A DNA stretch of 64,000 bases, taken from Botryllus schlosseri (lineage: Eukaryota). Under the pieces are notes generated by a model. It did not search any database. It worked only from the letters and a program-made list of their open reading frames with translations, and was not told the origin of the DNA. Shown here one piece after another: positions 1-9,383 of this stretch. The DNA lies in assembly GCA_051294905.1 (NCBI GenBank), contig CM119371.1:20462001-20526000 (forward strand). Reading direction: 5' to 3'. Every line of letters starts with the position of its first letter. The first letter of the stretch is position 1. Made by a program: the position numbers and the translations under genes.

Positions 1-278
1 AATCAATTACCACTCAATCTATAATTCAGACAGCTAGCGAAATGCAATGATGTAATCACGCTTCATGCTTCGAAAAGGCAACTTGACTTGAATTGTGACT
101 TGACTCGTGACTTGACTTGACTTGACTCGACTTGACTCGAGTCACCTCCAAAAATCGAGTGACTTGACTTGACTCGAGTCACCTTTGAAAATCGATTGAC
201 TTGACTTGACTTGAGTCAAAATGTGCAATGACTCGAAATGACTCGTGACTCGAAGGTAGTGACTTGATCCCAACACTG
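1..278. mobile_element. hAT MITE 3' part (50943-51884 family), truncated by the window start
   Basis: Matches 51607-51884 and ends in GATCCCAACACTG. Confidence 0.88.
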
Positions 279-1442
279 CCTTATATAGGCGATGACCAGC
301 GTCACTGCTGTGTGTGAATGAAACACCACAAAAAATGGAACAAATCTATTTTAAAAACTCTTTGCATTTCCCATACCCATCAAAATTGACATTGTTTTGT
401 GAGCTGCAGAAATTTTCTGTACGGGTGGCATGAATGCACATAGCACACCCCTGTTAAATCATTGTCGACTAAATGTATTTCATAACAATGATTTTGCAGT
501 AGATGATGATACAAGTGCAATGTTCTATACTGTTCAACGATCGTGACTATTGTAAATTGTTTGTCACACCTGAGCTAGTATTTGTACTGCATGCGACACA
601 GTATTCTTTCCAATTGCGCGAGTCACGTAGTTTTACCCATCGTTACCAATAGTTACCAATAAATAAGCGATGGCAGTCCTCGGACCCGTTAAACATTAAT
701 ACCGTTGTAAAATATAGAGATTTGAAGAGCTATTCTTTTTATGTGGACCAAAGGTGTTTGCGACCATGAAAACCTTTTTCAGTAGCCAATTTTATAACTA
801 TTTGAAATCAATGAGTTTTTACGACATTTAGCAGTAAAAATGTACTGTCGCCAATAATTCTACAAGTAGGCCTACATACTATATCGATATATAATCGTGG
901 AGAATTTTGCACAATCACAGTCAATCATTGAACTCCATATATTGAAGATATTAACAAAACTTTTAGATTGGTGTATAATTTATTTCAAGATGTAGGTATA
1001 TTTTTAACAAAATTCCATGGGAAATATGGGGATATTATACCAATAGCGTGCCAGTAATATCGAGACGGTAAATATAGGCGTAGCAGAATGAAACGTTCGA
1101 ATGCTTGAACGTAAATTGATGTGGCGGACTTCGGTGGTTTGTTTTTTATGACATCACTTCACATTTTTCATGACGTCACTTCACATTTCATTGTGACGTA
1201 GAGAACATAGGTAATTTTAAGCAAATCGCGCATTATACGCCACTGGCCACTGGCTGCGTGACAGTCTTATACTCTGGTGGTACAACTGGAGTGGTTGAAA
1301 CTGAGATTGGTTCGAGGTATACTTTCAATTTTAAGTACATCCTGTGATCTATCATTACTCTGTTTTCCGTAAAGATTGGAGTCATTTGTATTTAATTTTT
1401 AACATCGCTCACTCATGATCCGTGTGACTCATTATCTCAACC

Positions 1443-1757
1443 CAGTGGTTCCCAACCTTGGGTCAGACACGCCACCCTTTATGATATCGAAAAAGTTCGT
1501 GCCCCTCATTGTCATATCACAGTATCCATCCTGGATGCTAGCAATTCCAACAGATTGTTTGATGGCGTGGAAGGTTATAACTGTTGATGAGAGAATTAAA
1601 AAATATGAAATTTGCTGTATATATAAAGAAGCACGAGTGAATTGGGGGTATATCGCGCAAAGCGCGAACGTATTTTGACCACTTCTTCGCGGTCACCGTT
1701 CAGAGCTTTCGCGTCCCCCTAAGAGGGGGGGCGTGCCCATCAGGTTTAAAACCACTG
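1443..1757. mobile_element. hAT-type MITE (TIR CAGTGGTT)
   Basis: Flanking direct repeat ATCTCAAC(C) at 1434-1442 and 1758-1766; related fragment at about 16478-16660. Confidence 0.82.
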
Positions 1758-2010
1758 ATCTCAACCAATTATGCTGAGCCCGTAATATAACACACGGAAC
1801 GAATCGGTAATCGTTTGAACTTTAATTTAATTTGATACCGCATCAAATTAAACGCGCATTGCCCCTTCAACATTGAAACATCGCGTCATCATATCTGATT
1901 GGTACACGTCAATGCGATATTTCAATGATATATGCTACAAGTATTGATCATCTGACAAATTAGGGTTCCTTATGGGTACGGTAATTAATAAATCAGTATG
2001 AATGAACTTG

Positions 2011-5000
2011 TCATTTCCGCCCCTCGCGATATTTTATCTCTCGGTCTAGCTGACACATCGCGCATGTCTGACAGCAGCAAAGCAGACAGCAGTCATCGCA
2101 AATAGACCCCTGCAACAGAATGAAATTGCTTTGTATGTGACTCAATAATTTTCGAATGAGCATTTTCAATGTTTCGTACCTGAATACCATGCTTCGCTCT
2201 GAATGCGGAACGCATTGCCAGGTGTCCGCCTGGGACACACCCATACTGATCCCCGCTGCAACCAATGCAATAGTTTTCCCCCATTCTGGTTGCAATGCAC
2301 CCGTAATAAAAGCAACGACAGAAGAATACGCACAGACCTGTGAAATACCCACGAGCTGTAAAATCGACCGATCACTTATATCCTCTGTTGTAAGAGCAGT
2401 TTCGTAATCCTGCATCGCTTCATGTAGGCCTACTTCAGATAGAACATATAGTTTCTCGGGTTCGTTGATTGTCGAGGAAAGTTATTAGCTTCATTTACTT
2501 TGGATAGCAAGTTTTCTCTGATATCATATTCCGTAACGTATTTTGTGTTTCATTTCGCTTTATACCAGTGGTCGGGAACCTTTTTCGTCCGAAGAGCCAT
2601 ATTGGCCCATTTTATTCATTTTAACTCTCAAAGAGCCATACATGTCAATCAAAGAGTCATACATGTCAATCAACTTCTATGTCACATTTGAAAATTCGTG
2701 ACGTCACGGTACCACTTTAACTCACAACATGGGATTCGTCGTGTGCACCTCCTTTTCTTCGTAAAAACTAGCACTAATCATGCTTGTAGCCTAATTCGAG
2801 CATGAGACAACGCATGATCAGATGCGTAAGTGGAGCCAAGCATGATCACTGCAGCAGTATATACCCAATGTAAGGTGTGCTGATGCATCAGTGACATGGG
2901 GTCCGGGGAGGCAAGCGAGGCAGTTTGTCACCTGCTACTAGGATGAGTGAACGAAAGTTGTGAAAATCTCAATTGCTATTGGTATTTTCTATGGATGTTC
3001 ATCTATGACTTAATTTTGAACATTTTCCTCCCAAAATTAGGCGATTTGCATATTCATTATTCGAAAATACAGCCCGAAGCGAGCGGTAAGACACATTACC
3101 GGCCAAACTTCGCCATTGATAGCGCAATTCATCGTAAATAGCTTAAAATTTATACCAACTGATATGAATTGAATATAGCTGTGGCACTGATTCCGCAAAT
3201 CGAAATACTGATCGAATTCTCAATTCTCAAAGTATTCGGAAGGAACATAACGTTACGCTACATGCCTACATTTTATCGCTGTTGTAAGAAAGCGACTTAC
3301 CAATCAAGAACGTGGATAGCGATGGCGTTGTTTGTAATTGTGAATGTCACATCCATGGCAGTTCATTTCGTGCCATAGATCAAAAAGACGTATATGATAA
3401 CTTCGTTGTCATATGGCCATCGCCATGTCTGCTATTCTCTTTGATAAATCAACGTATCGTGCAATCCAAGATTTCGAGTCGGATACATCGAATTCGCGAG
3501 TGATATTGGTCGCCGGAACGACAGCAACTTCAATTTGGGGATTTTCAAAAGGCCTGTCTGGACCCCTAACCCTGAAGACGGCGTTGTCTTTACTACCTTT
3601 CAAAGACATGTTTATACCCTCACAAGAATAATTATTTTGGTCGTGATGAAACTTTACAAACAAATAGGGCTGGGCAAAATCGAGTACCTGAGTGATTCGA
3701 TTCTGAATCACGTAATATGCTTCGAGTCTAGTCGAGTAATCGAGTATCACTCGCCTTATGACGTCATAGCAGAATGCGATACGTTAAAGATCAAATTTGT
3801 ACCGTTTATGCCACAACAAAGAATGCAATGCCTTTTATTCCTCTCATAAAAGATACTTTGCTATTTTTTCGACCATACCGATTTCATTCCACTTGGTGAT
3901 AACGTTTTGGGATAATCATGACTTCGGAAATGTGTTGCGTCCAGTAACTTTCGTAGCTTTGTAATAATGTTTCGTATGCTACGATACCGCCAATCAAGGT
4001 TTGAAGGCTTTACCAGTGGAACGTAGTAACGAAACTATAATTCTCGTTGATAAATTACCTATCAGTGGCGAGAAGCGTATAATGCCAGTACTCGAAAAAA
4101 TAGTATTTTACTACTCGACTCGAATCATTAAAATTAATACTCGATTCAGATTCGAGTACTCGAATAATTGTGCCCAGCCCTACTGACAAATTTTTGCAAT
4201 ATTGATCAATTTAGTAAAAAAATAAATCTTTGGCAAAGAGCCATATCTTATACCCAAAAGAGCCATATATGGCTCGCGAGCCATAAGTCCCCGATCGCTG
4301 ATTTATATCTTACGCCTGTAGAGACTCATTACCGTAGAAATGAAGGAAATACAGAATATAGTTACGTATTCGGTATAGTGTTACACACATTATACATTTT
4401 TGTCAAATCACATTTGTTACCACGGTTGTGCATAATATTGGTATATTCATTTATTCATTTTATTCTGTTCTACGGTGTCCATACAGCACCGTTTTTCGAC
4501 GACAGTTTTATTCGTGATGTTTATGACGATTGAAACTGAGTATGGAGCGTGGAGCTATCAGTAACTTTTTTCTTTGTTTTTTGTTGAATTCCACTGGATG
4601 CTTTCACCATGAGGAAGAAAGGGAGTAATTACAAATTGCAATTCCAGTGATCCCGATCAAAGATGTTGAGATTACTGTAACATTATGCTATTCCATTAAT
4701 ATTTTCGCGGTGTAGGATATTCCAAGTGTTTTTTGCGAGCAAGAGCCTCATAAACTTTCCAATCTGGTGTACCAATGTCAAAATCACAAAGGAGACATGA
4801 GGAACACACGCTCCGCCTAAACATGGGCATGCTTACACGATGGAATGTCATCACAGCAGTCACATATGTTGCTGCTCCAGATTTCCATTGTGGGACGTTG
4901 GTTCATAACCGTCACATGTTGCGGCATCATCATTGCGGGCTGCTGTGTATACACCGTGGGTTGCTGCTGTGTATACACTGTGGGTTGCTGCTGTGTATAC

Positions 5001-8000
5001 ATCGTGGGTTGCTGCGTCACCACCACCCCAGGGCTATCCAGAGTTGGATATTCTTTTAGATCATAAGTCTGAAATCGAATAAAGATACCATCAGACGTAT
5101 TCCACAAGGACATCAATGACTGGAATAAAATACGGATTAACCATTGGGTATTTTTAGGAGCCGACCGATTCAAATTACTTAGCTTTTAAATGCGCTTTAA
5201 GGATATTCACCACCGAATTAAAATAAGCGGTAAAAGTCCCATTAAGCATGGTTTACCAGTGGAATCAGAACAATTTTCTCATTACCAATTAGAGGGTTCC
5301 GAGTTTGGTATCCGAAATTGCGCTCAGTTTTGCATATCGCTAATGTAATAGAAGCTTCTATTTTGTACTCAAACCAGACTTGCCTGCGATCAACTCTACG
5401 TGACTAAATAAGATCTTTATTACTAGGAATAGCACACTATTACCGGGCTTAAACCAGTCATGTCAGTTGCAATGCGATACCGATATCAGAAGGTAAAAAG
5501 TACCAGTTCTCAACGCTTACTGACAAAACTTGTGGAACACTTACGCTGACCTGCAAGTCTTCTCAGCACCCAAAATTTTTCGCTGTGTCACGGAATAAAA
5601 AAACTACCGCAATACCGCATACATATAGTTACTATAAGTTAGTGGTGCACAATATTCGCAGTGCATTAACGGAGTATCAAAAAAGCGAATTCAACAAAAC
5701 ACACTTTTCAAACAAAACCAAAACCTCATGGCGATTATTCATCGCGAATCAGACGTGATTTATGCTGTTAGCTTTCAGATGGCAGTTCGAAAAGGCAGGG
5801 TTTGTTTCACCTTTGAGATGATCATAGCATTGTTCGGTGGAAATTCAAAAGAGCGATGCCTATTCCTCATTTACAAATGAACGGCGCATCCGAGTAAGCG
5901 GTGTCTTATAAAAGCCAGGAATTGAATAGTATATTCATATTAAAATGAACCCGAATATTTTCGGCTGACAATCGTCAGGGGTAATCGTCAGCAACTAGTA
6001 GAGAATTCGAAAGAACAGCGTATATCAACAATCGTAACACAAAATATGACGTCACCAGCACGAAATGTCGAATACGAGAGCGTTCAATGTACTATTTTTA
6101 GATGATACACGAAGTCTTTTTGTTGACACAGCCTTGGCTGGTGTTTTTTGATAAAAGTCGACTCCAAGGCGCACAAATGAAAGTGTGAGCGACCCTTTCC
6201 GAGTATGCGAAATCTGTCGTCTCGATAATTTTTCGCACAGGCGGGATTATCCAACAAGTGTTTGCCAATTGCAGAATTTATGGCCTTTGATTGGTCCGCA
6301 TCAATCTTGAGCGGGTGAGTTAAGGGTGAGCTTTACATCGAGCGTGTTCTAATGAATCTAGGGACATGCTGATTTATGCGTTCCTGCAAGCGCTTTGACG
6401 TTCTTCCCACGTAGCCACAATCACAGTGGCACTTAAATTCGTAAACTACATTGCTTTGCTGAAGTGCGGGTAGCACGTCTTTACGTGTTGCGGGGAGCAG
6501 TTGCGTTGTCGTGAAAATCACGTTGGTCTTCACTGTGTCGTTGGTCTTCACTGTGTCTTCACGACAACGCAACTGCTCCCCGCAACACGTAAAGACGTGC
6601 TACCCGCACTTCAGCAAAGCAATGTAGTTTACGAATTTAAGTGCCACTGTGATTGTGGCTACGTGGGAAGAACGTCAAAGCGCTTGCAGGAACGCATAAA
6701 TCAGCATATCCCTAGATTCATTAGAACACGCTCGATGAAAAGCTCACCCTTAACTCACCCGCTCAAGATTGATGCGGACCAATCAAAGGCCATAAATTCT
6801 GCAATTGGCAAACACTTGTTGGATAATCCCGCCTGTGCGAAAAATTATCGAGACGACAGATTTCGCATACTCGGAAAGGGTCGCTCACACTTTCATTTGT
6901 GCGCCTTGGAGTCGACTTTTATCAAAATACACCAGCCAAGGCTGTGTCAACAAAAAGAGTTCGTGTATCATCTAAAAATAGTACATTGAACGCTCTCGTA
7001 TTCGACATTTCGTGCTGGTGACGTCATATTTTGTGTTACGATTGTTGATATACGCTGTTCTTTCGAATTCTCTACTAGTTGCTGACGATTACCCCTGACG
7101 AGTGTCAGCCGAAAATATTCGGGTTCATTTTAATATGAATATACTATTCAATTGTATATTGAAGTTCTGTAACTCAAAGAAGCTGTTCAAAAGCCAGGAA
7201 GTGGACAGTGCTACAAGTCGGCAGTAACTGAATAAAAACGAAGAAAAGTGGTCCATGTGTAAATGACAACATGCAACGGTATAGTCAACAAATACCCTGA
7301 CTACCCCAATCAAACATACAAGAATGGCCTAGACTAGGCTTACCATATTCTGGAAATCTAAAAAGAGGACACATTTTCAGGAATTTGAGACTTGCAAAAC
7401 CGGAGAACAATTCTCAAAAATGGGTGAATTTTTCCCACTTTGTCATCGGTTAACTAAAAAACAAGGTCAACTTTCGCTCGGAGTTCAAAATATCGTTTTT
7501 CTCTCCACATTGCTAGGTGGTTGACTAAAAAAAAGGTCAACTTTTCGCTCAAAGCTCAAACCACCGTCTCTCACTCCGAAATACCCGCCGGAGCGTCACT
7601 TCTGTGTACGGCATATCACTCGCATTTTGCTCTAAATGTGCCCTAAATTTTCAAAGAAGAGGACAAAATCTCAAAAAAGAGGACAAAAGGCCGTCCTCCG
7701 AGGACACTTTCAAAAAAGTCAAAAAAGAGGACAAACCCTCTTAAAAGAGGACGAATGGTAACCCTAGCCTAGACGGGCGTATCGCTACGAATCATACGTA
7801 TATATTGTACAGTGGTCCCTAATCTTTACGAACCCGCGGAACACTTACGATAATCTTCAGACCTTCGCGGATCCCCAAATTTACCACAATACACATTTAC
7901 CTACACATCTGATCTACAATACTATAGATTACAGTGTGTGGCATAGGGTGTTAAACGAGTTCAACCATTAAAATATATTTTAAAAACATATAAAAATGAA

Positions 8001-9383
8001 ATGAAAATCAGGGTGACGTCTGCTAATTCCTTTCAGATACTATATCAGAAATGTGTAGCTGTACCTTATAAGATGTGGTCTTATCGTTTGGTGTTCAACG
8101 TAACAGCGTGATACCAATTGCTTAATTATAAATGAGCTTGTAAATATCAGAGACTCGACTCGACTCGTGTTCAACTCGGGTCACGATTTTCTGATGATTC
8201 GACTTGACTCGAGTTATTTTCTCAAAATACGGAAATGACTCGACTCGAGTCTAGTTAATCAGTCTATTGACTCGAATTGGACTCGAGTCATTGGGTATGA
8301 CTCGAACCAAGTCATATGACTCGACACTCATACGGCCAAGACCGACATTCCATTGTAATTTAGAAGAATAGTACAGTAACCACACTATTGGGATTTGAAA
8401 TATTGGTACTGGTACTTGAAAATGCGACCCAAAACTGATAAAAATGAGGGAATTAGTATATTATAAATGTGAACCATTCGTTATCACCAAAATGAGTTAT
8501 AAAAGTGGAGTTAACAAGACTGTAACTGCAGACTGAACAGTCAACACAATGACTTAGACTTGGACTCGAGTCATAATACCATGACTCGGACTCAACCCTC
8601 TGCTACCTGACTTGGACTATGACTTGAGTCGTTGGTGAGTTGAAGATGACACGACTTGACTCGACTCAAAACTATAAGAGTGAGATTGACTTGTGACTCG
8701 AAGCCTTGTGACTTCATTACAACCCCACTCAAAAGTAACGATTCAGCCAATGCTCGGGCCGAATTTCCTTCAACTCATGATGGCCAAGTCCAGCGCACAA
8801 TCACAAATCGCATGTATAAGTAGAATGTGTCTCTTGAACTCCGCGGAACCGCTACTGTGGCGTGGAACACCGATTAGGACCCAATGGCCTTGAGTATGTG
8901 ATTTGACATCTAAGGAACCATTCAGACATGGCTCAGCAAACCCCAGGTGTTCCGTGTACCACGTTTTGTGTACCACAGCTCTGAGCATTTGGTAGTAAGT
9001 CTACCTACTGTGATTATAGCCATAAGTCAAACAGCGATTGGACTTTCGTATGGGAAGAGTTTCGGTGTGCTAGATTCTGATATGAACACCAACAAATCTA
9101 TATAAAAACATCGATCTTTCTGAGACAAACAGAGGTGCGAGCAATGAGCATGCAATTTGATGGCCTAAGTCAGATTTAAATTCATGGCTTGATTTTATTT
9201 CATCCATATCTGGATTTGATCATGGGGGCACTTTTAATATTTGTTCAGTCTATATTCGGCGCGGATTAACGAATTGGAATTAGAATAATATAAATTTAGT
9301 AGTACGAAACGAAGTTGCAAATAATTACACCAAGGCCTCTAGGCTATATAAAATATTGCAGATGTTATACTCACTTCCGCCAT
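2011..9383 (-). CDS. PLAC8/cornifelin-family cysteine-rich protein, paralog 1 (165 aa). Exons 9375-9383, 4837-5068, 2180-2337, 2011-2109
   Basis: GT-AG introns join in phases 0/1/0 to give MAE|TYDLKEYP...QQPTVYTQ...WSSNICDCCDDIPSC|LCVFFCRCFYYGCIATRMGENYC...AMRSAFRAKHGIQ|GSICDDCCLLCCCQTCAMCQLDREIKYREGRK*. The WS..CDC.DD..SC, R...R..HGIQGSICDDC and C.MCQ..RE motifs are typical of the PLAC8 domain. The exon structure matches paralog 2. The 9-bp first exon (ATGGCGGAA|gtgagt) is the least certain part. Confidence 0.88.
2566..4300. mobile_element. hAT non-autonomous element (TIR CAGTGGTCGGG, AAGAGCCATA motifs) in PLAC8-1 intron 2
   Basis: Inverted termini CAGTGGTCGGGAAC / GTCCCCGATCGCTG; degenerate TSD CTTTATAC/ATTTATAT. 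Confidence 0.7.
3665..4182. mobile_element. MITE (TIR TAGGGCTGGGCA) with TCGAGT motifs, nested in 2566-4300
   Basis: Perfect 12-bp TIRs. Confidence 0.78.
4943..5014 (-). repeat. Coding 24-bp tandem repeat x3 (QQPT[M/V]YTQ) in PLAC8-1 exon 2
   Basis: Units 4943-4966, 4967-4990 and 4991-5014 are nearly identical. Confidence 0.9.
5949..5982 (-). ncRNA. Minimal hammerhead ribozyme motif in the PLE pseudo-LTR (left arm), helix II base mutated
   Basis: Mirror of 7091-7124 but with T instead of G at position 10.1 (base 5971). Confidence 0.55.
6558..6989 (+). pseudogene. 5'-truncated Penelope-like GIY-YIG endonuclease domain (right arm, open to its stop codon)
   Basis: Part of ORF 6501..6989. The mirror copy on the minus strand (6084-6515) has a premature TAA at 6333-6335. 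Confidence 0.85.
7091..7124 (+). ncRNA. Minimal type-I hammerhead ribozyme motif in the PLE pseudo-LTR (right arm)
   Basis: accc-CTGACGA-g tgtcagc c-GAAA-atat-TC-gggt. Complete core, helix I accc/gggt, 1-bp helix II (G7102:C7110), palindromic helix III (AATATT), predicted cleavage after C7120. Confidence 0.7.
7335..7766. mobile_element. hAT MITE (TIR TAGGGTTACC) with AGAGGAC motifs
   Basis: 8-bp TSD GCCTAGAC (7327-7334, 7767-7774). Confidence 0.88.
8148..8726. mobile_element. hAT MITE, inverted and eroded copy of 27908-28476
   Basis: The internal sequence is the reverse complement of the 27908 element and ends in ATTACAACCCC. Confidence 0.82.

Larger units (their letters stand above)
5922..7188. 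mobile_element. Penelope-like retroelement (PLE) 3' fragment as an inverted duplication (GIY-YIG endonuclease end + pseudo-LTR)
   Basis: Arms 5920-6515 and 6558-7153 are reverse complements. The ORF reads NVVYEFKCHCDCGYVGRTSKRLQERINQH...SAIGKHL...LESTFIKIHQPRLC, a PLE-type GIY-YIG domain with a CCHH motif. There is a 12-bp TSD AAAAGCCAGGAA (5910-5921, 7189-7200) and a 35-bp unpaired tail (7154-7188). Confidence 0.92.
5887..7321 (+). mobile_element. 5'-truncated SINE (same family as 30968-31238) split by the Penelope-like insertion (pieces 5887-5921 and 7189-7321)
   Basis: The rejoined flanks catccgagtaagcggtgtcttataaaagccaggaagtggacagtgctacaagtcggcagt...gtgtaaatgac...taccccaatcaaacatac align with 31091-31240. 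Confidence 0.8.

Noticed and set aside
80..278. CRISPR-like or satellite array of GACTCGAGTC/GACTT (also 8150, 18150, 20250, 27950, 51700)
   Set aside because: There is no constant repeat-spacer periodicity and no cas genes; the arrays are subterminal repeats inside TIR/TSD-bounded MITEs.
2011..2415. 134-aa single-exon ORF
   Set aside because: Only 2011-2109 is the true PLAC8 frame; the rest reads through a 70-bp intron and exon 3 out of frame.
3312..3849. Overlapping ORFs 3409-3750 and 3535-3849
   Set aside because: They lie within nested TEs in a PLAC8 intron, cross an element boundary and have no recognisable domain.
4845..5066. Cys-rich metallothionein-like ORF GCCCVYTV and His-rich ORF 4775-5059
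   Set aside because: Antisense readings of the 24-bp PLAC8 exon 2 repeat.
5920..7153. Assembly fold-back artefact as the explanation for the palindrome
   Set aside because: The arms differ at several positions, one arm has a tail, and a TSD plus a split SINE flank the structure, which favours a real insertion (long reads would confirm).
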